Virus genome (UHGV): UHGV-0134778
Direction: 5' to 3' (one strand)
Length of the DNA: 64,000 nucleotides
DNA from: a virus
Part shown: positions 36,251 through 45,637 of the stretch, piece after piece
Layout of the letters: each line of letters starts with the position of its first letter
How positions within the stretch are numbered: the first letter of the stretch is position 1
The notes under the pieces: model-generated
The model's input: only the letters and a program-made list of their open reading frames with translations
Database searches by the model: none
Told to the model about the DNA's origin: nothing
Translations under genes and position numbers: made by a program

Positions 36251-37339
36251 ATGGCTGTATTTAATACTGAGAACACTGCTCATAAAACTGGTGATTATCC
36301 GCTGTTTTTAGGACAGCAGATGGGGATGTACGACTCTATTAACAAAAAGTACCCACAGCTGTTTGAACTATACAAAAAACAAAAAGAACAAGATTGGGCA
36401 GAGGACGAAGTAGATTTGTCACAGTCTATTTCGGATTTCGTAACATGCTCAAAGTCAACTTACGATGTGATGGTGCAGACACTTATGTGGCAATGGGAGG
36501 CAGACAGTGTTGCAGCAAGATCTATCATTTGTCTGTTTTCACCATTTATCACCAATAGTGAACTTTTCACCTTGTTGATGAAGCAGTCTGAGATTGAGGT
36601 TCTTCATGCATTAACTTACTCAGAGATTGTTAGACAATGCCTTCCTAATGCTCGTGAGATTATAGAAGAGATTCAGGAAAACCAGAACGTGCTGAGCAGA
36701 TCTGGAGTTATTGTCAAATATATGCAAGAGCTTGAGGTTATTGGTGCAAAATACCGACTGGATCCTTCCAGTGTTGAAGAGGATGTTGTACGGAAATGTA
36801 TCCTTAGAGCACTTTTTGCACTTTTAGCTCTAGAAAGTATTGAGTTTATTGCAAGTTTTGCATGTACGTTCGCAGTAGCTGAGCAAGGTATTTTTGTTCA
36901 AGTTGCACAACTCGTTCAAAAAATTATGCTTGATGAAATGCTGCATTCGAAAGGCGATTTTGCTATCATCGATATCCTGGTTGATGATCCTGCATGGGAG
37001 CAAAGCTTTCTTGAGATTAAGGGTGAGTTAAAAGAAATTCTTGACGAAGTGCGAATCAAGGAGTACGGTTGGAGTGACTATATTTTCAGCGAAGGAAGAG
37101 CAATTATAGGTCTTAACTCACCATTACTTAAAGAATGGGTTGACTATAACTGCTCACCGATTTATGATTACTACAACATCGACAAAGACTTTGTGCCGCC
37201 AACAAAGGACCCGTTACCGTTTATGCAGGTGTGGATGAAACCTTCACTGCAACAGACGGCTAACCAGGAAATGTCTAACACCGACTACCGCGTCAACACA
37301 ACTGTTAATGACGCTGAAGAAGAAATTTGGGAGTTTTAA
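36251..37339 (+). CDS. nrdB: ribonucleoside-diphosphate reductase beta subunit (NrdB)
   Basis: 362 aa; FLGQ, EDEVDLS and iron-ligand helix EIEVLHALTYSEI parallel E. coli NrdB. Confidence 0.85.
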   Translation: MAVFNTENTAHKTGDYPLFLGQQMGMYDSINKKYPQLFELYKKQKEQDWAEDEVDLSQSISDFVTCSKSTYDVMVQTLMWQWEADSVAARSIICLFSPFITNSELFTLLMKQSEIEVLHALTYSEIVRQCLPNAREIIEEIQENQNVLSRSGVIVKYMQELEVIGAKYRLDPSSVEEDVVRKCILRALFALLALESIEFIASFACTFAVAEQGIFVQVAQLVQKIMLDEMLHSKGDFAIIDILVDDPAWEQSFLEIKGELKEILDEVRIKEYGWSDYIFSEGRAIIGLNSPLLKEWVDYNCSPIYDYYNIDKDFVPPTKDPLPFMQVWMKPSLQQTANQEMSNTDYRVNTTVNDAEEEIWEF

Positions 37340-37342
37340 TAT

Positions 37343-37621
37343 ATGAGTTGTGAAAAATCTTTTTTCATTATCATCTACGGTAAGGATAACTGCCCACATT
37401 GTGTAAGAGCAAAAGAATTTGCAGTAAGCAAAGGTATACCTTTCGTATACAAGACGCTCGGTGAAGGATACACAAAAGAAGAGCTTATTGAGAAGTGTAG
37501 TCCATTTGTTCCCAGAACGTTGCCTCAGATCTTCTTGGAAAGCAACCTTGATAGTGTCCACATAGGTGGTGCTGACGATTTCATCTCTTTTGTTAAGAAT
37601 GGTCTTGGAGAGAAAAAGTGA
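37343..37621 (+). CDS. glutaredoxin-like protein (T4 NrdC-like)
   Basis: CPHC active site and C-terminal LPQIF ... HIGG pattern. Confidence 0.8.
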   Translation: MSCEKSFFIIIYGKDNCPHCVRAKEFAVSKGIPFVYKTLGEGYTKEELIEKCSPFVPRTLPQIFLESNLDSVHIGGADDFISFVKNGLGEKK

Positions 37622-38469
37622 AAGTTGTAAAACGGGACGGCAGAGAAGAGGTCTATAACGGAGTTAAGGTAATCAAGGCGGCAGAGTCCGCCTTACTTGA
37701 GTCTGGGCATACTGAAGAAGAAGCTTACCGGATCGCTTGTGCGGTTAATGAAGTTGTTGCCAACAATCTACCAACCGACCAGTGCACGATCTCTGTAAAA
37801 AATATCCATATCCTTGTTGAAGATGCTCTTATGGATATGGGTTTAAAATGTGCAGCCAGAGAATATATCCAGTATAGACAGACAAGAGATAATAACAGAG
37901 AGGCAGGTGGAAAACTGCTTGCAGATATTAGTGGCTTCTTGGATCGAACTTGTGATGAATTTACAAAAGAAAACGCAAATAAGCCCACTAATCATGTACA
38001 TACTCATCGTGACCTGCTTGCAGGTATCCTTAGCAAACACCTTGCATCAACACAGATACTGCCAGATCGTGTCTCCGAAGAGCACAACAAGGGATTCATC
38101 CATGTGCATGATCTTGACTATCTGATCAGTCCGTTAACAAACTGCTGTTTGGTGAATTATCCGGATATGCTGGAAAACGGATTCAACATTGGCAACGCCC
38201 ATGTCAGTAAGCCGAAGTCAATAGGGGTTGCAACAACAATCCTCAGCCAAATCTCTAGTGCAGTAGCTAGTGCTCAATATGGTGGTCAGACCATGAGCCA
38301 TATTGATCATTATCTGGCGCAGTATGCTGAAGCAACCTATGAGAAGAATCTTAAATTTTGTCAGGAACATTGGTTGCCAGATGCTGAGACTGTTGCAATG
38401 CAAATGACAGATAAAGACGTGTTTGATAGTATGCAAACTTTGCTCTACCAAATCAATACGTTAACTTCT
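37618..38469 (+). CDS. nrdD: anaerobic ribonucleoside-triphosphate reductase NrdD, exon 1
   Basis: ATP-cone N-terminus (VVKRDGREEVYNGVKVIKA) and NrdD N-terminal domain; frame hits a stop 9 nt later; 3' boundary inferred, approximate. Confidence 0.75.
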
Positions 38470-39270
38470 GTCAACGGTTAACAAACTGGCCGTTGTAAAA
38501 CTCTCCTAACCTCATAAGAGGGGTCGGTAAATCCGGCTAACGGGGAACGCTAAGGCGAAAGCTATGCCAATCCCGTGACTAGTTCTTACAGGAGTTGGAA
38601 CGGTTGTAACGACTAACGAAAGGCAGAGATGCTTGACAAACATTTCTGAACCGAGTAGTGTAGGGGTTAGTTGAAATACTAACTTCGAAATGGAGAGACT
38701 CTATGAAAAAGATCATTCTTAATGGTGAAGAATCGAACTACGTGATTGATGAGGTTGGAAACGTATACGGAAAACGTGGAATGCTGCACCCCATATTGTG
38801 GGGAGGTTATGGAAAAGGTAACAAGCATGTCAAACGCCGCTATATGTATTCTTTCAACCACAAAGGTAAGAAGATTCGAATCCAAACTTCAAGGGTTGTT
38901 GCCTTGTATTGTTTGCCAGATGTCCCAGAAGACCCTGAAAACTGGGAAGTGAATCATAAAGATGGCAATACATTGAATGATCATCCGTCTAACCTGGAGT
39001 GGGTTTTGCCGGAAGATAATAAGAGACATGCTTTCCGAACAGGGCTTTGTCCAGGCAAGTGCTACAGGAAAGTGCAGGCATACCGAGGGAAAACCTTGGT
39101 GGGTGAATATCCTTCACTCTATGCCTGTGCAAAAGCCTTAAATTTGAACGTAGGGAACGTCCATAGGGCTATCGAAGGAAATGCCGAAGGTAAGCATCTC
39201 ACAATAAAGGGTTATTATCTTATTGAAGTAGAGTAAGAGATAGTCTGGCCCTGTGGAAACACAGGGGTGG
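38470..39270 (+). mobile_element. putative group I intron in nrdD carrying an HNH homing endonuclease ORF
   Basis: ~800 nt separate two collinear NrdD halves; 5' portion is GC-rich with hairpins, then an HNH ORF, then a short structured 3' segment ending in G before the exon-2 frame; boundaries approximate. Confidence 0.6.
38703..39236 (+). CDS. HNH homing endonuclease
   Basis: HNH_3-like motif WEVNHKDGNTLNDHPSNLEWVLPEDN; own GGAG RBS. Confidence 0.7.
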   Translation: MKKIILNGEESNYVIDEVGNVYGKRGMLHPILWGGYGKGNKHVKRRYMYSFNHKGKKIRIQTSRVVALYCLPDVPEDPENWEVNHKDGNTLNDHPSNLEWVLPEDNKRHAFRTGLCPGKCYRKVQAYRGKTLVGEYPSLYACAKALNLNVGNVHRAIEGNAEGKHLTIKGYYLIEVE

Positions 39271-40539
39271 AGACAGCAGACTCCATTCATCACATTAAGT
39301 TTAGGACTGGATACCTCAATCTTTGGTAGAATGATTACCAAAAACTACCTGAAAGTCCACAAAATGGGTCTTGGTGAAGAACGTATCACACCTGTGTTCC
39401 CTAAGGTGTTGTTCTTCCTGGAGGAGGGTATCAACATGAACCCCGAGGATCCTAACTATGATTTGAAACGATTAGCTCTGGAATGCTCTGCAGAGCGGAT
39501 TTATCCTGACTTCGTATCTGTACCACTAAATAGAAAAGTGACAGGTTCAACAGAAGGTAATGTCACAAGCATGGGTTGCCGGAGTTTTCTTAGCAAATAC
39601 AATGACTTGGAAACAGGAGAGGAGAAATACCTTGGCAGATTTAACTTAGGTGTTGTTAGCCTTAACCTACCAATGATTGCAGCCAAAGCTAAAACGGAAG
39701 GTGTTGATTTCTTTGCAGTTCTTGACGAGTACTTGGATCTGGCCTACGAGGCTCACCTTGTAAGGGTTAACCGTCTAAAAGGAACAAAGGCAGGGCAGAA
39801 CCCCATCATGTGGTGTGAAGGAGCCCTTGCTCGCCTGGATCCTGAAGAGAGTATTGATAAACTTTTCTATGACGGGTATGCTTCCATAAGTATTGGATAT
39901 ATTGGTGTGTATGAAACCTGCCAGATTTTAGGCAGAGAGGGAGACAAGTCCTTAGCTCTTGGGATCCTTCAGCACATGAAAGACGCTTGTGATCGGTACA
40001 AAAAAGAAAGTGGTCTGGCATTCAGCTTGTACGGCACTCCTTCAGAGAGCTTGTGCTATAAGGCTGCAACATGTCTAGATCGTGAATATCCTGAAGTGTT
40101 GAAGCACGAGCACGAATACCTTACCAACAGTTTCCACCAGCCCGTGTGGATCAATAGTTCACCTTTTGACAAGTGGAAGTATGAGGAAGGTTTTGCTATG
40201 ATCTCTTCTGGCGGCAACATTGGATACATAGAAACACCTAACCTGAAAAACAACCCGGATGCTTTGGAAGCCCTTGTCGATTTCGGGTATAAACACATTA
40301 TGTATTTTGGTATTAACCAACCTGTGGATAAATGCCTTAAGTGTGGATTCTCTGGTGAGTTCAGTGCAACAGCTAAAGGCTTTGTATGCCCAGAGTGTGG
40401 AAACCATGAAGAAGGAACGATCAGCGTGATTAGACGTGTATCTGGGTATTTGTCTAGTCCAAACTCCCGTCCTTACAACAAAGGTAAGCAAGCGGAAGTT
40501 ATAGAACGGGTTAAGCACTACGGAAGTTGTGGTTGCTGA
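39271..40539 (+). CDS. nrdD: anaerobic ribonucleoside-triphosphate reductase NrdD, exon 2
   Basis: Glycyl-radical motif RVSGYLS near the C-terminus and zinc-site cysteines CLKCG ... CPECG; continues NrdD sequence from exon 1. Confidence 0.75.
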   Translation, partial: RQQTPFITLSLGLDTSIFGRMITKNYLKVHKMGLGEERITPVFPKVLFFLEEGINMNPEDPNYDLKRLALECSAERIYPDFVSVPLNRKVTGSTEGNVTSMGCRSFLSKYNDLETGEEKYLGRFNLGVVSLNLPMIAAKAKTEGVDFFAVLDEYLDLAYEAHLVRVNRLKGTKAGQNPIMWCEGALARLDPEESIDKLFYDGYASISIGYIGVYETCQILGREGDKSLALGILQHMKDACDRYKKESGLAFSLYGTPSESLCYKAATCLDREYPEVLKHEHEYLTNSFHQPVWINSSPFDKWKYEEGFAMISSGGNIGYIETPNLKNNPDALEALVDFGYKHIMYFGINQPVDKCLKCGFSGEFSATAKGFVCPECGNHEEGTISVIRRVSGYLSSPNSRPYNKGKQAEVIERVKHYGSCGC

Positions 40540-40602
40540 TACTTGACAAAAGCCACAAGGATGTGGCATATTGTTATCACACAGTAAACTAGGAGGTGCA
40601 GT

Positions 40603-40719
40603 ATGTCTACAGGTATTTATAAAATTTGCAAGTGCGGTTGTCATTGCAATCTTCGTTGGTGTAAGGCACTGGACGATTTTATTTGGCATTGTCCTAAATG
40701 CGATGCGGAGTACTTATGA
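40603..40719 (+). CDS. small Cys-rich protein (38 aa; putative zinc ribbon), not in the ORF track
   Basis: Strong RBS AGGAGGTG 7 nt upstream; MSTGIYKICKCGCHCNLRWCKALDDFIWHCPKCDAEYL; its stop overlaps the nrdG start (ATGA). Confidence 0.5.
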   Translation: MSTGIYKICKCGCHCNLRWCKALDDFIWHCPKCDAEYL

Positions 40720-41189
40720 ATATTGTCGGATACACAGAAATATCCTACACCGAAGGGCCGGGTCTCAGGACGGCCTTGTGGGTATCTGGGTGCCCACACG
40801 CTTGTCCTGGTTGCTTTAATCAAGCATTTTGGTCAAAAGATAAGGGAAGAGAATTCACCGAAGAAGATTTGCAGAGAATTTTGTCAGATTTAGACAATGA
40901 ATCTATATGCGGTATTTCTTTGCTTGGTGGAGAACCTTTGGCTACGTATAATGAGCCCGGTATTATTAAACTTATGAGGAGAATTAAGGAAAAGTTTGGT
41001 GACAAGAAAACTATTCTTGTGTATACTGGGTTCACATTTGAGCATATCTCTAGTGATGTTCTTGAGCTGGCTGATATCATCATTGATGGCAAGTATGTAA
41101 AAGATTTACCAACAAAGAAACCATTCCGAGGCAGCGATAACCAAAGAATGTTTAAAAAGGTAGCAGGCGGTTGGGTTCAGGTTGACTAG
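40716..41189 (+). CDS. nrdG: anaerobic ribonucleotide reductase activating protein NrdG (radical SAM)
   Basis: Radical-SAM Cys motif CPHACPGC; start set at the ATG (MNIVGYTE) coupled to the upstream micro-ORF. Confidence 0.8.
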   Translation: MNIVGYTEISYTEGPGLRTALWVSGCPHACPGCFNQAFWSKDKGREFTEEDLQRILSDLDNESICGISLLGGEPLATYNEPGIIKLMRRIKEKFGDKKTILVYTGFTFEHISSDVLELADIIIDGKYVKDLPTKKPFRGSDNQRMFKKVAGGWVQVD

Positions 41190-41192
41190 TCG

Positions 41193-41222
41193 TTGACAAA
41201 GCTTTGGTAAGTTGGTTATAAT
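41193..41222 (+). promoter_or_regulatory. sigma70-like promoter
   Basis: TTGACA-N17/18-TATAAT upstream of a strong GGAGGTG RBS. Confidence 0.6.
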
Positions 41223-41251
41223 TATCGTAATGAAAGCAGAGGAGGTGCCAA

Positions 41252-41365
41252 ATGGCTAAAAAAGCCTTGAAGAAGGCGTACAAGAAAGAGATTGCGCTTG
41301 AGCTTAAGAAAAAACACAAGCGTGAAAAGAAATGTCATGAAGATGAAGAGGGGGTGCAACAGTGA
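41252..41365 (+). CDS. small Lys-rich basic protein (37 aa), not in the ORF track
   Basis: MAKKALKKAYKKEIALELKKKHKREKKCHEDEEGVQQ; GGAGGTG RBS; stop overlaps the GTG start of the next gene. Confidence 0.4.
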   Translation: MAKKALKKAYKKEIALELKKKHKREKKCHEDEEGVQQ

Positions 41366-41712
41366 CACAAGAGCGTATTGATTTAGCCAGTAAGTTTGTA
41401 GATCTCATTTTGCCACGGTTGGTTACTCAACATGCAGACGCTATTTCTACCAATCTTGATGGCTTACGCCTAATGCTGAACCGAACAGATGATCCACGTA
41501 TTCGGGCCGATTTAGAGGCCTCTGCCAACAAACTGGAAAAGTTCTTGCAAGTAGATACGCAAGAAGCCTTGCACAAGATTATGGTGGAAGGTTTCTCTAA
41601 AGAATTCACCGTTAAAGAGCTTAAGGAGCTGATCCGCCAAGAAGAGATGAATATCCGAGTTCAGGCTGTTGCAAGCAGCATGGAAGCGGCTATTGAAAAA
41701 CTGTTGCAGTAG
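41362..41712 (+). CDS. hypothetical protein
   Basis: 116-aa ORF, apparent GTG start. Confidence 0.45.
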   Translation: MTQERIDLASKFVDLILPRLVTQHADAISTNLDGLRLMLNRTDDPRIRADLEASANKLEKFLQVDTQEALHKIMVEGFSKEFTVKELKELIRQEEMNIRVQAVASSMEAAIEKLLQ

Positions 41713-41750
41713 AAGTTCTTGACACATCTCAATCTGAAAGGAGTCCCAAC

Positions 41751-42539
41751 ATGGGTCGAGCTAAAGAAACAAAACGCATGCGTGATGAAGCCAAAGAGGC
41801 TCGCAAATCTGATCGTCTGCGTAAGGCTGCTGAGAAATTTGCTGACGAACGAGAGCACACAGCTCCAGCTCTCAGACCAATGAACAAAAAGCAGCAAAAG
41901 TATCTTGATTATCTAGGATCGCGTAAGATTATTATTGTAAACGGTGTGTTTGGATCCGGTAAGACATTCATGGCATCCGCATATGCAGGTGATCTTTTGC
42001 GTAAGAACGAGATTGATAAGATCATTGTTGCACGCCCTTACGTTCAGACAGGAAAGACTTCAGGGTTTAAACCTGGAAACGCAATGCAGAAACTGTGGCC
42101 CTATCTCCGAAGCATGATGGACACGATTTGTCGTCGTGTTGGCAAAGGTGCTTTTGCCGCAATGCTGGGAGATGGTCAGAACAGTCGTATCGAGATCTGT
42201 GAAGTTGAAAGCATTCGTGGTCGTAGTTTCGATGAGCGGTGCTTTGTCCTAATTGACGAGGCACAGCAAACTAACCCTGAAGAAATGTTATCAATTATCA
42301 CAAGGATCTCTGATCAGGCCACACTTGTAATCATGGGTGATAATAGCCAACGTGACATCCCTGGTAAGTCTGGGCTTGCATGGGTAACGGATTTCTTTAC
42401 TCGTCATCCAGATCCTGAGGTTGGGATGATTAGCTTTGATAGTCCAGACGATGTCGTTCGTTCTGGGTTGGGTCGTCAGATCGCACTCAATCTTATTGAG
42501 GATCGTGCAAATCATATTTGGACCCCTGTTTCCGAGTAA
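41751..42539 (+). CDS. phoH: PhoH-like ATPase
   Basis: Walker A GVFGSGKTF within a PhoH-like arrangement (IIIVNGVFGSGKTFMA ... IVARP). Confidence 0.85.
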   Translation: MGRAKETKRMRDEAKEARKSDRLRKAAEKFADEREHTAPALRPMNKKQQKYLDYLGSRKIIIVNGVFGSGKTFMASAYAGDLLRKNEIDKIIVARPYVQTGKTSGFKPGNAMQKLWPYLRSMMDTICRRVGKGAFAAMLGDGQNSRIEICEVESIRGRSFDERCFVLIDEAQQTNPEEMLSIITRISDQATLVIMGDNSQRDIPGKSGLAWVTDFFTRHPDPEVGMISFDSPDDVVRSGLGRQIALNLIEDRANHIWTPVSE

Positions 42540-42583
42540 TACAGAAGGGTGGTTATTCCACCCTTAAATATCTAAAACAGTTG

Positions 42584-42612
42584 TTGACAAATAGGTAAGC
42601 TTTAGATATTAT
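42584..42612 (+). promoter_or_regulatory. sigma70-like promoter
   Basis: TTGACA-N17-TATTAT; preceded by hairpin GGGTGG-ttatt-CCACCC at ~42547-42565. Confidence 0.55.
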
Positions 42613-42640
42613 TATCGGACAAAACAGAGAGAAGGACAGT

Positions 42641-42952
42641 ATGGCTACAATACAAGAGAAACTGAATAAAATATACTGCCTGTTTGTCTATAACGGCGAG
42701 ACAATTTTGGCAAATAAGGGATCCAAGAATGTGTGGACCAAGGACAGCGGTGGTAATATAATTAACTTAGCGTTGCTACGTGAGCGCCGACACAGATTCT
42801 TTATCGAGTCTCGAATTATTGAAAGCAGCACTTGCTACAGAACAGGCGATAAAGTAATTGTTGACAATGATACGTGGTATGTGGTAGACTGGCAATCATT
42901 GAGCTGTGATGCTTCTGACAATCGTAAGTATTCCATAGTGATTGCTAAATAA
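42641..42952 (+). CDS. hypothetical protein
   Basis: 103-aa ORF. Confidence 0.45.
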   Translation: MATIQEKLNKIYCLFVYNGETILANKGSKNVWTKDSGGNIINLALLRERRHRFFIESRIIESSTCYRTGDKVIVDNDTWYVVDWQSLSCDASDNRKYSIVIAK

Positions 42953-43012
42953 AGGTAAATGTGAATCAGGTTTAAATAAATAGCTTTCAACTTCCAATAT
43001 TAAGGATTTCTC

Positions 43013-44062
43013 ATGAATTTAACACCTCGCAGAACCATGGTACACGGCATGAAAGAAAAACAGAACGGTTTCGAACCTATGAGTAATAAAATGTTTGGTA
43101 TGCCGGGCGGTATCATGGAAACATACAGCTACCCAACACCTGTTGTTGACCACGTTCTTTATATCGACGATTTGGAAGACTTACAAGACCATATGTCTCG
43201 TCTGCAGACGATCCGTATGGCTCAGCCGGAAGAAAGCATTCGGGTGATCATCAATAGCCCTGGGGGTTGCGTGCACATTGCAATGGCTTATCTGCAGGCA
43301 TTCCGAGAGTCTCAGGCAAGCGTTGTCGTACACGCTGAAGGGATGTGCTGCTCAGCAGGAACAATCTTATGGCTGGGTTGCAAAGAACGCACTGTGGCTC
43401 CGGACACAGAATTTATGTTCCACTACTATCAAGGTGGCACTTATGGTAACGGTGTGAACATGAATACTCAGGTCAGCTACTGGAAAAAACGTTTTGAACG
43501 CCTGATTGAAAAATACTACGGTGGGGTGCTGACAGAAGATGAGATCGCATCCATCACAGCTGGCGGTGAAGTGTGGTTGGATGGAGAAGAGCTGGCATCT
43601 AGAACTGGTGCTATCATCTTGGACGATGAAAACATTCAGCGCATTCAGAATGGACAGAAACCGAAAAAGCTTTTGGCAAAAAGAGATGAAGAAGGTGTGT
43701 TAGGTGAGGCAGGCCTTCCAGAGATTCACCAATGCACATCTTTGGACGAGCTGGTTCATGCTGTTGAGTCTGCAAAAGAAAATGGTATGAAAGGTGATGT
43801 TCACACTGTGTTCCTGAATCTACAGATGGAGAGTGGTGAGACCGTTAAGATTGCACTAGGTGAGATTACCTCGGAAGATCTGCAGCGATTCTCTGTGGTA
43901 GAGCTTCAGGACATTTTGTCCCAATTGAAAACTACCCTGAACGGAGGTGAAGAAGTTCAGGTGAAAGATAAGACTCGCAAGCGTCTGGTGGACAATATTA
44001 TTAAAACAGCAAAAGAGCTTAATGAAAAAATCCTGGGCGCAGGAATTGTCGAAGAAGCTTAA
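43013..44062 (+). CDS. ClpP-like serine protease with ~140-aa C-terminal extension
   Basis: ClpP/S14-like core: IINSPGG, active-site-like GMCCSAG, conserved His and Asp positions (FMFHYYQGG; EVWLDGEE). Confidence 0.6.
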   Translation: MNLTPRRTMVHGMKEKQNGFEPMSNKMFGMPGGIMETYSYPTPVVDHVLYIDDLEDLQDHMSRLQTIRMAQPEESIRVIINSPGGCVHIAMAYLQAFRESQASVVVHAEGMCCSAGTILWLGCKERTVAPDTEFMFHYYQGGTYGNGVNMNTQVSYWKKRFERLIEKYYGGVLTEDEIASITAGGEVWLDGEELASRTGAIILDDENIQRIQNGQKPKKLLAKRDEEGVLGEAGLPEIHQCTSLDELVHAVESAKENGMKGDVHTVFLNLQMESGETVKIALGEITSEDLQRFSVVELQDILSQLKTTLNGGEEVQVKDKTRKRLVDNIIKTAKELNEKILGAGIVEEA

Positions 44063-44074
44063 ACATTAATTCTA

Positions 44075-44098
44075 AAGCCCTCTTCGGAGGGCTTTTAT
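44075..44098 (+). terminator. rho-independent terminator
   Basis: AAGCCCTC-ttcg-GAGGGCTT followed by TTAT. Confidence 0.6.
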
Positions 44099-44113
44099 GA
44101 TCTGGAGATTTGC

Positions 44114-44647
44114 ATGACTTGTGCTAGAAAACCTGACGAACAACGTAACGCCTATGATGAATATGTGACACCAGAGTGGTGTGCAGAAGGGTTGTATGAC
44201 CTCATTCCGTTCCCAGAAGATTGGACCTATTTGGAGCCTTGCAGGAATAGCGCCTCAGGTGTGTTCTACTCCCGTATGCCGTTAGGATCTGCATGGGGAG
44301 AAATCCAAGAAGGTGTTGACTATCTGAATACAGAATACAACCATGTTGACTGTATTATCACCAACCCGCCGTACAGCCTGGCTCGTGAGTTTGTGGACAA
44401 GGCGTTGAAAGATGCCGACGTAGTTATTATGCTTTTGCGTCTTAATTTTCTGGAAAGCAAGGCCAGATTTGAATGGTGGCTTGATAATGCCCCTACCACT
44501 GTGATCACAATATCTAAGCGTCCATCATTCCAATCGAATGGCAGAACTGACGGGCAAGCATATGCATATTTTGTGTGGGACAAGAAGAACCGTTTAGACC
44601 TACCGCCATTTATGTGGTTGGCACCTCCGGAGGCAGACTTGAAATGA
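44114..44647 (+). CDS. DNA methyltransferase (NPPY motif; N6-adenine or N4-cytosine class)
   Basis: Catalytic motif IV DCIITNPPY; small phage Dam-like size. Confidence 0.55.
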   Translation: MTCARKPDEQRNAYDEYVTPEWCAEGLYDLIPFPEDWTYLEPCRNSASGVFYSRMPLGSAWGEIQEGVDYLNTEYNHVDCIITNPPYSLAREFVDKALKDADVVIMLLRLNFLESKARFEWWLDNAPTTVITISKRPSFQSNGRTDGQAYAYFVWDKKNRLDLPPFMWLAPPEADLK

Positions 44648-44928
44648 AAATGAGTGCTAAGGACAAGTTGCACCAGTTAGCGCTAAAACGTCCTGTAACT
44701 CTCCCTGACGAGCTTAACTCCATTTATGATGCGATTGTAGGGGAGATACAAAATAAGGCGTTAGCAGGCTTTCTGGGATGCGGATTTTCGATAAATCTTC
44801 CATCACACCTCTCAGACTACTTACCACACATCGTTGGGGATTTGAGGGCAGGAGGTCTGCAGGTGGATGTTGTTGGCATCTCCCCGGAGAAAAATAACAC
44901 AGTTGCCTACTTGACAGTGACCTGGTAG
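44644..44928 (+). CDS. hypothetical protein
   Basis: ORF-track ORF trimmed to ATG (MKMSAKDK) with GGAGG RBS. Confidence 0.45.
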   Translation: MKMSAKDKLHQLALKRPVTLPDELNSIYDAIVGEIQNKALAGFLGCGFSINLPSHLSDYLPHIVGDLRAGGLQVDVVGISPEKNNTVAYLTVTW

Positions 44929-44963
44929 TAGTGTATTTTGTTTTCAACAAGAGGGGGTCATCT

Positions 44964-45203
44964 ATGTATAAGTCATTTTCAATCTACTCAAGACAGACAA
45001 AACACTACACAGAGATTCTGATCACTCAGAAAAAATCTGTGGAAGGTGAGTGGGAATATCATCATAAAATGTTGCGTCCAGACTGGGTTTTTGACAGGCT
45101 TATTGCTATGATCCCTCTTGGAGAAGTATACCCTCTGACAGGTCATAGGGATGCTTGGGATTTAATTGACTATATAGATTCATTTAAGGAGCCTAGATTA
45201 TGA
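44964..45203 (+). CDS. hypothetical protein
   Basis: Trimmed to ATG (MYKSF) with AGAGGGGG RBS. Confidence 0.4.
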   Translation: MYKSFSIYSRQTKHYTEILITQKKSVEGEWEYHHKMLRPDWVFDRLIAMIPLGEVYPLTGHRDAWDLIDYIDSFKEPRL

Positions 45204-45598
45204 AGATTGAGATTACTGAAGAAGGTAAGAAAGTCTCTGGTAACTATGCAACAGTTATCCGTGATGTAATGTTCGAAGTCACTAAGATTGGCACATCCAA
45301 GGTTGGTCAAACGGTGAGTGTGCAAGGTAATATCACCTCAGGAGAGAAGATATTCATCGTAATAAAAGGCCAGGACCCTGTAGAAGGGACAGTTGGACGT
45401 GGCGGATACCTGTGTATCTCTGAAGAGCCTCGCATGCTAGTTGCTGATAACTCTACAGGTAAAAAGCGGGTATGTAACACGGACGAGGTGATGATTATCT
45501 ATCCAGTCAACCCGGATGATCCGGCAACATGGATTGTGGGAAATGAAATCTTCTCTTTAGAAGAGTTATCCTTCCCAGCTCCGCGATCTGTTCAGTAA
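45200..45598 (+). CDS. hypothetical protein (MKIEIT-type N-terminus; paralog group)
   Basis: 132 aa; N-terminus resembles the 50469, 52620 and 56064 ORFs. Confidence 0.5.
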   Translation: MKIEITEEGKKVSGNYATVIRDVMFEVTKIGTSKVGQTVSVQGNITSGEKIFIVIKGQDPVEGTVGRGGYLCISEEPRMLVADNSTGKKRVCNTDEVMIIYPVNPDDPATWIVGNEIFSLEELSFPAPRSVQ

Positions 45599-45637
45599 TA
45601 ATTTATCTTACCAGGGACGGTAAAAGTAGGAGGTAGC

